DNA of 64,000 nt from the human T2T-CHM13v2.0 reference genome, Homo sapiens, in NCBI RefSeq assembly GCF_009914755.1, contig NC_060932.1; one strand, given 5' to 3'. Made by a program: the position numbers and the translations under genes. The notes below the pieces were generated by a model that did no database searches, was not told the origin of the DNA, and saw only the letters and a list, made by a program, of their open reading frames with translations. Positions within the stretch are counted from its first letter, which is position 1, and the number at the start of each line of letters is the position of its first letter. Positions 25,035-43,285 of this stretch are shown here, one piece after another.

Positions 25035-25690
25035 GTCATGCTGTATCTCTGCTTAAAACCTGACAATGGCCCGTATCATAAGCCTAAAGGCCCTTGATGA
25101 TCTTTCTCCCATTCTGTACCCCCATTACCTCCATAACCAGACATCCTATCATTTTTCTCCTTGCTCACTCTGAGGGCTCTCACTGTGGCCTCAGAGCTGT
25201 TTCTCAGACATATGAAGCATGCTTTTGCAATTGTTCTCCCCAGGATATTACCATGTTTTGTTCCTCACCTCTTTCAGGTCTTCATCTTTGTTCAAGGGTT
25301 TTTAATATCCTGGTGAGCCTTACAGATCATTATAGAGAGTTTGGATTTTAATTGAGGTACAATAGGAAACCATTAGAAGGATTTCAGCAGAAATCCGGTT
25401 TTAAGTTTTAAAAGATTACTTTGGCTTCTGAGAGAACGAATTTTAGAGAGCCAAATGGTGGAAGCAAGGAGACCAATTAGGAGGCTATTGCAATGGGCTA
25501 TGCAAGAAATGATAGTGGCCTGGATAAAGGTAATAGCTACAGAGGTGGAGAAGAGGGATCAGATTCAGGATGTATTTTGGAGAAATAATCCACAGGACTT
25601 AATGAGATGCCATTAGATAGTCAAGTAGAAATGTCAAGTAGATTAATGGGTTACTTGGAGCTTAGCAGAGAGATAAGGGCTAAAAGGGAA
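25035..25690. mobile_element. L2 LINE fragments (both orientations)
   Basis: GGAGACCAATTAGGAGGCTATTGCA..GATAGTGGCCTGGA motif typical of L2. Confidence 0.6.
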
Positions 25691-26297
25691 AAAGGGAATA
25701 GGTTAAGAGGACTTAGGACAAGGTTACAGATAAGAAAAAAGGACCAGAAACATTAAGTCTAGGAAACCCAACAAAATCATAGATAATACGATAGCACAGG
25801 TATACAAAAAATCTTTGTGGGAGTACCTAACCCAACTAGGAAAGCTTTTTGGCTTTTTTGGAAGTGCAGTGTATGAGGTGAGTTTCAAAGGACATGGAGT
25901 AAATATCTTGGCAATAGGAAAAAGGTTAAAGGCTTTGGTGAGAGACTGGATGGGGGCAGAGCATGAGGAATGGATGTGAAGCAGGTGCCATCAACTGAGA
26001 GCGAATACAGAAGATGCAGGTACATCAGGACAAGGAGATGCAGAAAGGAAGAGCCAGCACCAAACACAGTACCTGCAATGTAAGTTTTCAACCAATGCTG
26101 CAAGAATTAATGAGAAAGAGGCAAAAGTATGTTTCCTCCTCCTTACTATCTCATAATCCCATGTAGTTTAATAAATATAAGTACTAGCCAGGTATCTTCC
26201 CTCTTCCTTCTCCCAGCAATAAAAACATCAGGGCATCGGCAGAAAAATTAGAGTAGAAATTATACTTGAGACAGTGAGCAGTCTGAGGTTTATATCA

Positions 26298-26618
26298 TTT
26301 CTTTTTCTTTTTTTTTTGAGACAAGGTCTCCCTCTGTTGCCCCGACTAGACTGCAGTGGCATGATCACTGCAGCGGCATGATCACTGCAGCCTTGACCTC
26401 CCAGGCTCAAGCAATCCTCCCACCTCAGCTTCCCAAGTAGTTGGGACTACAGGTGTGTGCCATCATGCCCAACTAATTTGTAAATTTTTTTTATAGAGAT
26501 AAGTCTCCCTATGTTGCCCAGGCTAAACTTGAACTCTTGAACTACTGGGCTCAAGTGATCCTCCCACCTCAGTCTCTTGAAGTGCTGAAATTATAGGTAT
26601 GAGCCACCATGCTCAGCT
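26298..26618 (-). mobile_element. AluJ-like element
   Basis: Reverse Alu consensus with a small internal duplication (GGCATGATCACTGCAG twice). Confidence 0.88.
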
Positions 26619-26677
26619 ATTTATATAATTTCAGATTAATTTTGTCCCAGCCATTCCTCTAGAAAACAAAATATGGT

Positions 26678-26952
26678 CAGCTCTCCATACCCATGGATTC
26701 TGCATCCACAGATTCCACCAACCATGGAATGAAAATATTATAAATAAATAAATAACAATATGAATAAAAAAATACAAATTTTAAGATACAGCAAAAAATT
26801 ATTTACATAACATTCACACTGTATTATTAGGTATTATAAGTAATCTAAGGTGATTTCAAGTATACAAGAGAAATACTGTACCGTTTTATATAATGGACTT
26901 GAGCATCTGTAGATTTTGGTATCCAATTCCCCATAGATACTGAGGAACTGTA
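26678..26952. mobile_element. MER2-like Tigger MITE
   Basis: ATGGATTCTGCATCCACAGATTC..AGGTATTATAAGTAATCTA..GGACTTGAGCATC. Confidence 0.75.
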
Positions 26953-27326
26953 CACAGAATCTGCATTTTAGCTTTAAGGTCTATAAAATCCCTCTAGCAT
27001 CCATCACTTCTGAGGATACAACAACGAAACAAAGACCTTAAGGCATGAATTACCATCCCTGGAACAGTGAGATTTCCTTCCAGATACTGTACCATGCCCA
27101 CAGTAATTTGTGTATCTATTCATTTTATATCTTTAATCCAAAAGATTCTATTATTAGCATGACCTTTCATTGCTAATTAATCTTTTCCATACACACAAAA
27201 TTTCTCCCACGAAAGAAATCATTTCTTCAACTTTCTACAATAGGTATGAATTAATGTGGGGTGAAGGAGCAGTGACAGAATGAAAAAATTAAATCTGAGA
27301 GTATATTAAATTAGACAAATCATTAC

Positions 27327-27544
27327 CTTTTTAAATGAAATAATCCATAATCATGCTCTGCAAGAAACATCATTGTTCTGACACATGTCAGTAAACAGTT
27401 GTAACTGCTCTCAGAGTTAGCTAGCGTAGCCAACAGACAGTCACAGATTGAGGTCATCAATTCTTTATTTGGTAGAGAATTGGAGAGCTGCTCCAGTTCA
27501 GAAATAGAACCTTCAGAAGAGCTTGGTAAGATAAGTGCAATGTC
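27327..27544 (-). CDS. VIRMA: VIRMA exon 16 (218 nt; DIALILPSSS...GLFHLK)
   Basis: ccacag|GACATT ... AAAAG|gtaatg; ORF 27323..27619. Confidence 0.96.
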
Positions 27545-27892
27545 CTGTGGGGAGCAGGGAAAAAAAAATCGATTTTTTAAATAATTATCACCATCACTTA
27601 GCACTTTTGAGAAATACATAGCAATTAATATTCAATAACTATCTCATTAAAATATTGTTGCTACTGTCCCATCCCAAACATATAAACACATTAAGAATAA
27701 TGAAATTACTTTTCCCTTTTAAAAAAGTTAATACAAGGATACACACCTAAAGGAATAAATATTTAAATATTTTGATTTACTTTTACTTTAAAACAACATC
27801 TTTAAAATTTTTTTTCTTTCAGTATTGCAGTAAGTATAGTTTCTGTTTTCAATAGGTTAAAGGTAAAAAGTATTTTGTACTAAAATAATTAA

Positions 27893-30240
<2,348 letters not shown>

Positions 30241-30451
30241 GAATGACTTGGTGTGTAACGTAATTGGAAGGAAAATGAATTAGACCCTAAAAAATACGGA
30301 AACACTGGCACATAAAGCAATTACCCAAGGTTATGATCTTATAAAGGAAAGAAAAAAGCTCTTCAGAGAACCCATGAACAACAGCAGGAATAATAAAACA
30401 TAGATGACAGCTGTTCATTCACAGCCAAAATTTACATCAAGATGCTTAAAT

Positions 30452-30491
30452 ACACACACACACACACACACATACACATGCAGAGAGAGAC
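30452..30491. repeat. (CA)n plus short (GA)n microsatellite just inside intron 15
   Basis: ACACACACACACACACACACA..GAGAGAGA. Confidence 0.85.
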
Positions 30492-30513
30492 TTTATAAAA
30501 TAACTATAAATAC

Positions 30514-30766
30514 CTGATCACAGAGAGACTGCAAAATGGATGTGACATATTCAACACACTGTTGGCGAATAACACTGTCTCCAGGAGACCGCACCAAAGC
30601 TAAAAGATCCTGGAATATCTCTGCATATCTTTCATCACCTTTAATAGTTCCATTAATTAGATGCAAAATAGCTAATTTACAAGCTTTGTGTGAAGCCAGA
30701 GCATCAAGAAGAGCAAGCAACCTGGTGGTTTGGCTAGTATACTGTTTTTCTTTATCTTCTGAAGTG
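30514..30766 (-). CDS. VIRMA: VIRMA exon 15 (253 nt; STSEDKEKQY...QSLCDQ)
   Basis: tttcag|CACTTC ... GATCAG|gtattt; ORF 30493..30786. Confidence 0.96.
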
Positions 30767-31242
30767 CTGAAATAAAATCGATACATTTAGTAAACAAAGT
30801 TCTTGACCTTAAGGCATTGTTTAACTAGTATTTATTTCTCAATACACATCAACTTACACAAATTTTGCATAAAACATTTAATTCCTTGGGTATAATGACA
30901 AATTCTCTGGAATTTTACAATGACTGCAAAAATTTTATAAATTCAGGTTTCTAATAATATATTTTCTTAAATCACAGTACTTCTTTAGGATTCACCATTT
31001 GAAAATCCCAAATCAAGACCTTCAAGATATCTTGCACATGAAATGATGAAATAAAGCTTTCTAATTTTAAAAGTCTACAAGTATTCATATATTCATATGT
31101 GTGCATATGTAGGTATATGTGTATATTTACATGTATATATGTTATCTGGGCATTCCAAACCCTAGTTTCCAAATTGTAAGGGAAAAAATATATGTGTCAA
31201 AAATAATTTGAGGAAAAAATTTTTAATGCAAAATGAAAATAC

Positions 31243-31478
31243 CTTTGCAAGTCTTCTACAATCAAATCCAACACAGTTCTCATAATCAGAAGTGCAGTTG
31301 GTGAGGCAAGGTCACACAATTGAACACAAATACGCCGTAACATATGTTGAATGGGCTGGCAGGTTGTGCCAGAGAAAGAGCGAACTATTTCTTGGAGCAA
31401 CTTTGCTTGAACATGAAGGTGCATGCTCCACAATTTTCGGGTGTTGAGTGCCACTGATATATCATGTGGCTCAATAAC
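31243..31478 (-). CDS. VIRMA: VIRMA exon 14 (236 nt; VIEPHDISVALNTRKLW...VEDLQ)
   Basis: taacag|GTTATT ... CAAAG|gtattt; ORF 31197..31454. Confidence 0.96.
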
Positions 31479-31818
31479 CTGTTAAAAAAGTATAATGTGT
31501 GTGTACGTAGATTTTTTAATATTTATTTATAGTCACAAAAACTGTTCAGGAAGAAATGTTATGAAAAGAACATTTTTACTGCATGCTTAAAACATTTAAT
31601 TTTCTATTATACAGTTAAACATTTGCTTGAATTCAGTGAGTCTAAAAAATCTTATTGTTCTCAGGTTAGCAGTTAGTTGAGCAGAGTCCATTGGTGAAGC
31701 AATCTAGTTATTGGCAAATTCTAACACATGGTAAGGTGTGGGGGAAAGGATTTAAAATAACAGAAAAATGTAAGTACAAACATACATAACAGCAAAATAA
31801 AACTCACTTTAACAAAAA

Positions 31819-31824
31819 TTTATT
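31819..31824 (-). terminator. Candidate intronic poly(A) signal (AATAAA) for the short isoform
   Basis: AATAAA 134 nt after the short-isoform stop, followed by U/GU-rich sequence; alternative signals are ATTAAA 31595-31600 and AATAAA 31522-31527. Confidence 0.55.
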
Positions 31825-31957
31825 TAAAATTTTTACCCCCATATTTCCTCAATGACCAACTTGTTTCAGTTTTATCTCCCCCTCATCCGGTTATTTTATG
31901 TCTTTTTGGGAGGAAGGGAGATGAGGGTTTTTGTTTTTTAACAAAATCACTGGCTTT

Positions 31958-32011
31958 TTAAAAAGTGTTACTGCAGTCATTTATAAGATGCATGTTATAT
32001 GGAAGTGATAC
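31958..32011 (-). CDS. VIRMA: Alternative C-terminus of the short VIRMA isoform (VSLPYNMHLINDCSNTF*), read-through into intron 13
   Basis: Frame stays open 17 codons past the weak exon-13 donor; 1130+17 = 1147 aa, the length I recall for the short isoform; AATAAA follows downstream. Confidence 0.85.
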   Translation of the reverse strand, partial: VSLPYNMHLINDCSNTF

Positions 32012-32556
32012 CTGAGTTGTTTGCATGGGCAATGGAAGAGGCAGCAGCTCTGAAAGGAGTATGAGTCCAGAAAAAAATCCTTCAGGAACCTTCAAGATTG
32101 AAGAAAGAACTTCTTTTAACATTAAAGACCAAGTATTATTGGCCAGAGTCTCTTCTGAGATTGTGAGTTTTTCATTAACTCCTTGTGTAAAAGTCAGTAA
32201 AATATCAATGATATCATTCTGAATTTTCTGTTCATCACTATCCAAACGACCTGAGAGGGGGATAGAGCACAGGAGCATATGTAAAGTAACAAGCGCTGAA
32301 GGAACACGCATGTCCTTAAACTCAAAGGATCCACCTCTCAGGAGTTCCGTTAACATAGTTTTAAGAAGAGTGAGTGTGCAGCGAGCCATTGAAATAGTAG
32401 TAACTCTGTGAAGGGTAGTCCCCATGTTGACATGGAGCCTCCAAGGCTGAGTCAGAATACTGTTCAATTTTTGCAGAACTCGAATAAACGTGTCCATTCC
32501 TTCAGCAGAAAAAAGCTGAATAACGGCAAGATTCCATTTCAGATCTTTCTGTTGAC
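32012..32556 (-). CDS. VIRMA: VIRMA exon 13 (545 nt; GQQKDLKWN...LPMQTTQ)
   Basis: ataaag|GTCAAC ... ACTCAG|gtatca; ORF 31958..32584. Confidence 0.96.
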
Positions 32557-32822
32557 CTTTATATAGGATAAGAAAAAGAAACAAAACTAATTACTTATAT
32601 GTTAATAACTGATTAAGAATTATTAAAGTGAATATTTAATATTTATGATAATTATATTTATAATAAATGATTTTTATTATGACAAATATTTAATTACTTT
32701 AATTTAAAATGATATTTTTCATTATTAAATAAATGATGTTTAATAATTAACTAAATATTTAATAAATGATATTTATTCTAGGCTTAAGAATCGTAGTTTT
32801 TAAAATATAGTAGCCACATTAC

Positions 32823-32916
32823 CTTCAACAGGAGGTGGTGGGCATGCAACATTACAGAGAACACGTAAGGCAGTGGTAAGGCCAACTCCTTCTGGGGTCA
32901 TCAAGTTATCGATATT
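32823..32916 (-). CDS. VIRMA: VIRMA exon 12 (94 nt; NIDNLMTPEGVGLTTALRVLCNVACPPPPVE)
   Basis: ttaaag|AATATC ... GAAG|gtaatg; translated by hand. Confidence 0.94.
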
Positions 32917-33321
32917 CTTTAAAAATGAAAATGAACAGAATATTTCGTTTCTTAGTACCCATGAGATCAACAGAAAATTCCAGACAAGGAATTACTTGAA
33001 AATATGAGCTTCAAGTTAAGAACATACAATATTTTATATTTATTAAGTAAATTTAAAACATGAACAAGGCCCTAGAGTTAAATGAATTTATCAAGATTAT
33101 TTGATCTCTGGCATATGTTGTACTATATACAATATTATGTAAATAAAAAGAACTGTAATGCACAAATTCACTGAAAAGAATCAACTAGAACAAAGATAAC
33201 ATAAAGAAATGTATGAAACTCCCTGTATTAAGAGTTTACAATGGCTACTTTCTATATACTCTTTTCATACATCTTCTCTGCCAAAAATGAAGCAATGACT
33301 ATATTTAAAAAGTCCTGTGGA

Positions 33322-34189
33322 GGCTGAGTGCAGTGGCTCACACCTATAATTCCAGCACTCTGAGAGGTTGAGGTGGAAGGATTGCTTGAGCCCAGGAGTT
33401 AGAGACCAACCTGGGCAACATAGTGAGACCCTGCCTCTACAAAATATTAAAAAATCAGCCAGGCATGACGGTGCGTGCCTATAGTCCCAGCTACTCAGGA
33501 GGCTGAGGTGGAAGGATCATTTTAGCCTGGGAGGTCAAGACTAGAGTAAACTGTGATTGTGCCATTGCACTCCAGCCTGGGTGACACAGTGAAACCCTGT
33601 CTCAAAAAAAATAAAAATAAAAAGCGCTTTGAGTACTAAACTTCATTCAAAAGTGAGGAAGCAGCAAGGAATGTTTCTGGCCTACATGGCATACATTTTT
33701 TTAAATGCAGATACCAACAGAGTCTAGTATTGTAGCCAGGTGGGGCACAGGTTAGAGGAAAAACAAATACAATTGCCTATGTCCTTAGCACCTGCCTATG
33801 CTATGTTTCTAGGTAACAAATAGTTATGTTTCAGTTTTCTTAGCTTTCACAGAACAGCATTATCAATTGTTTAAAAACTTGGGGCTGGGTGTGGTGGCTC
33901 ATGCCTGTAATCCCAGCACTTTGGGAGGCCATGGCGGGTGGATCACCTGAGGTTGGGAGTTTGAAAACAGCCTGGCCAACATTGTGGAACCTTGTCTCTA
34001 CTAAAAATACAAAAATTAGCCAAGCGTGGTAGCACGTGCCTGTAATCCCAGCTACTTGGGAGGCTGAGGCAGGGAATTGCTTGAATCTGGAAGATGGAAG
34101 TTGCAGTGAGCTGAGATTGAGCCACTGCACTCCAGCCTGGGCGACAGAGCAAGACTCCATCTCAAAACAAAACAAAACAAAACAAAAAA
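33322..34189 (+). mobile_element. Two sense Alus (33322-33622 AluJ-like, 33883-34189)
   Basis: Alu consensus. Confidence 0.9.
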
Positions 34190-35693
34190 ACCTTGGAAGA
34201 AATAACATTCAAAAAACGTTACTATCTCTTAGCTCATAGTAGAGTCTAGACCAAAAAAAAAAAAAAAAAAAAGTTACTACCTCATTTTAGCTTTTCTTTT
34301 ATTCTAATCCTTTTCCTTGTAATTCCACAAATTACATAAGGCAGCAGGGAGACACAGAGTGAAGTTTCAGTCTTGGATCAACTTTTTATAGACCATGTTG
34401 GGATGAGAACCACTTATAATATCATAATTAATGGGATAAAGATTTACATAAAAATCAACTCTTAACTACAGCATGTAATTCACATTTCTAGAACTAAATT
34501 TCTTACTGATTAAATAATTTTACTCAAACCATCGCCATTTATTGAACATCTTGTTAATACTCACTCAACCATGCACAAGTACCCAGAATACATGACCATC
34601 TAAATTTACAGGATATTAATTGTACTTCTCCTAAATAAAAGAAAATGTAATGAAAAGTTCTAGATGTCATTTGAGGCTCAGAGTAAGAACACGGAAGAAT
34701 ATGATGGCACCATAGGAAGTAAAAGTACTCTTAGGAGAGTTGGAGTACAAGAAGACAAAGGCAGAGAAATCAGTAAAGAAAAATCTGAAGCAGATAAACC
34801 CAAAAAACACTTTGCTGTGGGTCCCAACAGCAACAAATTAAACAATATACAAAAATTATTTTAATAATATACACTGCAATTCCAAAACCAAGATGGCTTA
34901 TATACTCTCTCTCTCACACACACACACGCAAACACACGTGCATGCATGCGTGTGCGCACACACTCACGCACAGATTTCACCTGCGAAATGAGAGAGATAA
35001 TTCAAGGTCCATTCTGCTCTTCTAACTTGAACTTTTTATGTGTATATGAGTGCTTCTAACCTTCTTCCTATGCTACACGATGGCTCGACTAAGGAACAGA
35101 GATGAAAAAACTTCCAAGACTAATAAACACTGCTGTAATTTTTTTCATTATGAATTATTTAAATTGAATATAAAATTTTAAAACTGCATTATGAGTCTTA
35201 GGAATTTTAACTGTTATGAATTATTTCAACTGCAGATTCAACCATACCAAATTAACAAAGAGAACTTGCCTCCACTGCAATTATCTGGAATGGGCCCTAT
35301 CAATTTTCACCTAAATATTTTGAGTGAAATTCTTTTTCAGAAATTAAAGTTTAGCTAAACAGTTATATGTTACATGACTACAGCATTTAAAACACTTATA
35401 AATGTCATCAAAATGGTAGGTGATACTATTTCCATTTCAGAGGGAAAAAATAGGACAGAATCCAGTAGTGAAAAGTAGTACAGTACACAGGGTTATGTGC
35501 ACGTGTGTTCACATATGCATATAATCGCACGTCCATCTATATGCATATACCAACCTGTACCTACAAAGTCTAATAAATCAATCAAGGACACTTAACAATG
35601 TCTACATTATCTACACAAGTGATTCAATGCAGTATCACCATGTACTACCACACAGTTTCAAAAAGTCAAAGCACTTTTAAGTTTTACACTTAC

Positions 35694-35776
35694 CTGCTTA
35701 ACATACTCAATTAAGTTTGGGATGCAGTTAATTTCAAATCTAAGGTTTTTCAGAGGTTCAAGCCACTTGCCAAGTT
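35694..35776 (-). CDS. VIRMA: VIRMA exon 11 (83 nt; ELGKWLEPLKNLRFEINCIPNLIEYVKQ)
   Basis: tttaag|AACTTG ... AAGCAG|gtaagt; translated by hand. Confidence 0.94.
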
Positions 35777-35920
35777 CTTAAAAAGAAAAATAATTTATAA
35801 TATTTAAAAATAGAAGGCTTTATAACAAAGAAAGTAAATATTTTTTCCAAAGAAAATCATTATTAGGTCCATGTTGATTTCAATCATCTAAACTTCATGC
35901 AGGGATGGACATGCATCTAA

Positions 35921-38328
<2,408 letters not shown>

Positions 38329-38612
38329 TGAGTTTGTCTTTAAACTCTTCCATTTTGATTAGAAATTTCAACAAACCACCAATTTTCATGACTTTCCAGA
38401 AAAGGTACTTGTAAAAACTATTTTGTTTATATACTAAAACATTTTATCAACCTTTAGTTTTTATAAACTGTCTTCATAAAAAGTAATTTCAGGAAGTTAA
38501 AAACAGTATTACTAGGTATATTATCGAAACATGATGAAGGACTAATTACAGATATTCAAAGGTTTGTTCCTTCACATATTACAAATGCTTAAAATAACTT
38601 TAAGTACCATAC

Positions 38613-38767
38613 CTTGCAATTTAGCATTATTTTCATCTGCTTTACAAAGCTTCAAGAGAGATGCTGCATGTTGTTCTAGCATTTGAACATCACTGGAAGA
38701 CTGAACCACCACCAAAATAAGTATGCATGCGTAATTATAAGCTACTGACTTCTTAGATTTGGAATCA
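38613..38767 (-). CDS. VIRMA: VIRMA exon 10 (155 nt; DSKSKKSVAYNY...NAKLQ)
   Basis: tttcag|TGATTC ... CAAG|gtatgg; ORF 38572..38823. Confidence 0.95.
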
Positions 38768-39809
38768 CTGAAACAAAATAAGGTTTTTAAGTTTTGGATA
38801 CAAAAACAATTTTTTAGGAACAATTTTTAAAAATTTTCTTCTACTTGGCTTTAAAGAGATCAAGGACATTTACAATAAAACATGACTAACTGTCTGAAGA
38901 CAAGAAATCAGATTTTACAGTTCATATCCAATTCACCTGAAACCATTACTTTACTTAAAAGTATATAAAAAAGCATACATATCACCATGGAAAGTAAAAT
39001 TCTATTAAGAAATAAGATCAGAAAAACAATGAAATATTAACAAGTATACTTCATTAGTAATGAAAGGTTAGGAAGTATACTTCATTAGTCTCCTTCAAAA
39101 TATTTGTCCAATCTGGATAAATAGGAACGAGTATGATCACCTGCCTTCAACACTCAGTATTCCACTATAAACCTGTTAAGATACAGCTAGGCATGGAAGT
39201 CATTGCTGTTTGCTTTTCATAAGCACCCCACAAAAGATCTGTCACTCAAGGAGTTATACACCCAGTCCTCATAGTGAGGGCAGTTATCTGGATGCCATTT
39301 GCCTTGTGTGACATGAACCAGAAATAAGGCATGTCTTTCTTCTCATATAATAAAACCCTCTGCCTTACCAAGAAGGCTCTTCAAACCATTATCATTCTCA
39401 ATTTACCCATCTAGTCAAAGCAATTCTGAATCCAGAGCATGGTTTAGAATGCAAGGGCAGGAGCCAGCAAGAAAGTGTAAGAGGAATAAAAGGAATATAT
39501 ACCTTAAGGTACGTATTCCTGTGCCTTAGAATTCCCCTCTGCATAAAACAGCAGGGGGTACTACAATTGCAATCTTTAACACCATGGGTTAACTGAAGGA
39601 AGGTGCTAAAGAGTCCACTGTATTACTTTATAGCCACATCTTATATTTTAGAGATTTCTGTCACTCTAACCTTTAATTAACAAGTTTTGTGTTATATCAA
39701 AACTATAGTTTTTCCCTCTCAAAATAACACCTTCTTTTAAGAAACTAGACCATTAGTTAATCTGATTTTCTAACATCATAGAAAATTTAAGGAGTAAGTA
39801 GGAAATTAC

Positions 39810-40301
39810 CCCAAGGCTTCTTTGGAATAGTACTCCATTAGAGTAATAAGACTTTGGAGATTTTTCTCCAGACTAAAAACATGGCCAACAGCTGATCTTC
39901 CCACAGGATTAAAAGTAATCAAATAAAGATTGTGCAGGGTTCCCAAGAGATCTGAATGGTCTGTTTCTTCACTGGCTGTACAACGCTGAAAATGGCTGAA
40001 CAGTTCTGTAATACATTGCAATGTCTGTGTTGAGTCCTGTAGCCACAAGGCAAATGCATCATCAATAACACCATCAGATTGGAGACCTTCCTCCTCATCT
40101 TGATCATAAAAGTGACACAGAGCTCGGATCAATAAATTTGTTGCTTCATATTCCGACATAAAAAAAAGAAGACCCTTCTGTGACTGTGCAAGAAACTTCA
40201 AAACATCTTTTGTGGCTTGCAGCACACCAGGGTGAGCACTTGTTACTGGAATTGACAGAAGCAAGGTAACCAACTCCAAGAAGTGATGACTGTGAAGATA
40301 T
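39810..40301 (-). CDS. VIRMA: VIRMA exon 9 (492 nt; YLHSHHFLELV...YYSKEALG)
   Basis: ccacag|ATATCT ... TTGGG|gtaatt; ORF 39806..40279. Confidence 0.96.
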
Positions 40302-40677
40302 CTGTGGAAGAGTTAATTGATACATGTCAAGTCAGTGCAAAGCATTCTTCATTTACTCAATATTCAGACAAGACACTGATAAAAATTTTTAATGACCATA
40401 ATCCTTATCCTCAGTAATATACTGCTTTAACTGAAAACATAATGTGAGTGGCAAGTCTTCTCTAGATGAGGCCAAATAAGAGTGAATGTTCTGTGAGGCT
40501 TTGTCCTAGTTAGCACTCAACAGATGTTAAATAAATAATTATTGACAAGCTTTTCTTTAAATTTTGGGCCTTCTTTCCAGGACACTTATCAAATGCTCCT
40601 TTTTCACCATGGTCCTACTTTATTCATGGCATATTGGTATATTTAAATTCATGTATCTAGGAAAAATATAGTATATA

Positions 40678-41610
<933 letters not shown>

Positions 41611-41865
41611 CTATAGAAAAATATAGTATACTCAGATTTACTACAGTAGACTGAATTAGTATCTCTAGGGAAAAAGCTTTCAAATTGTCAATTTTTAACA
41701 TTTAAGCAGTTAGTATTACCACACATAGCACTCTTTTATGAGACGAAATCTAGCTATGTTGCCCAGGCTGGACTCAAACTCCTGGTCTTAAGCAATTCTC
41801 TGGACTCAAGTGATCCTTTTGCCTCATTCTCCCTAAACTCTTTTCCAAAATCTACTTTTTTATCT

Positions 41866-42213
41866 CTTTTTTTTTTTAAATTTTTTAGTTCTGGAGTACA
41901 TGTGCAGAATGTGCAGGCTTGTTACATAGGTAAACGTGTGCCATGGTGGTTTGCTGCACCTATCAACCCATCACCTAGGTATGAAGCCCACATGTATTAG
42001 CTATTTTTCCTGATGCTCTCCCCCAACCCTCTGTTCTCCTTCAACAGGCCCCAGTGTGTGTTGCTGCCCTCTCTGTGTCCATGTGTTCTCACCGTTCAGC
42101 TCCCACTTGTAAGTGAGAACATGCAGTATTTGGTTTTCTGTTCCTGCATTAGTTTGCTGAGGATAATGGCTTCCAGCTTCATCTATGTCCCTGCAAAGGA
42201 CATGATCTCATTC
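41866..42213 (-). mobile_element. 5'-truncated primate L1PA 3' end
   Basis: GTACATGTGCAGAATGTGCAGG..GGTGGTTTGCTGCACCTATCAACC, preceded by poly-T. Confidence 0.9.
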
Positions 42214-42689
42214 CTCAACTTTTTAAAAATGAAACTTAACCAGATTTTAAAGAAAAAAGAACCAAAACATCGTATTTTTTCAAATACTCAAAAATGGGGT
42301 AAAAATCTGTCAAAACATCTCTTGACTACAAGATAGAACCAGCTTAATGAAAACTTCTTAATTTTTAATTATTAAGAATATCATAATTTTCTGAATGTTA
42401 AAAAGAATAAAATTATTTATAATTCTGACTCATTCTCTTCCATTTTAGTCACTGCAAATGGTAACACAATAGCTTTCATAAACCCATCAAAATACTACTA
42501 AAAAGTAAATGACAGGCCAGAACTTAATTTTGTCAAAAGCTGAAACTGCTTCTTCAGTCCTATTACTATTTAAACCCAGGCTTCTACTTCACAATAATAA
42601 ACACCCACCAGTAACTGCTTACTACAAAGGCAAACAGAACCTTCAAGAAGACAAAACTCCAGAATTACTATGCTCCAAGAGCATCCCCC

Positions 42690-43285
42690 TTATGGACCAT
42701 TCAGAGAATGGTTAAAATAGCAAGCCTCAGACTGCACATCCTTAGAGGTCTGCTTGCAAGGTTGGCTACTGGCTAACTTCTGGGAACTTAGATTTCAAGA
42801 GGATTCCCGCACCCCTAACTGATAAGAATGGTTCCTTGTGCCTAAATTATTTGTGCAAACAATATGGTTATGCTGAACACCTGCTTTCCTTCTAGGAGTC
42901 TGGAATTCTGGTATAAGATAGGCAGTGAGTGCCTACATGACTACCCACAATAAAAAAATTTGCATGCCAATTAGCTTGATATAATTATTCCACAATGTAT
43001 ACATGTATCAAAACATGTCACTGTTGCTATTTAAAAATAAAAAATAAAAAAGCCTGGGTGCCGAGTTTCTAAAGAGCTTCCTCAACAGGCAACACTTCAC
43101 ACATGTCACAACCTGTTGCTGTGAGAATTAGGCAGGCACTATGTGACTCCACTGTGAGAGGACTCTGGAAGCTTGCAACTGGTTTTCCCAACTTCCTCCC
43201 AGGTACCTTTTTCCTTTGCTGAGTATTATATGCTGAGTTTTGTGAGTCCTCCTAGAGAATCTTGGTGCTCTTGGGGAACCTGACA
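42690..43285 (+). mobile_element. MER21-like LTR with a short L1MA-like tail (about 42960-43052) inserted
   Basis: GTCTGCTTGCAAGGTTGGC..GAACACCTGCTTTCCTTCT..GAGGACTCTGGAAGCTTG. Confidence 0.7.

Noticed and set aside
32620-32780. Extremely AT-rich stretch in intron 12 (also 23220-23320)
   Set aside because: Low-complexity sequence without clear periodicity or motif
39042-39089. Repeat-spacer-repeat pattern reminiscent of CRISPR
   Set aside because: Only two copies in a mammalian intron; no array or cas genes
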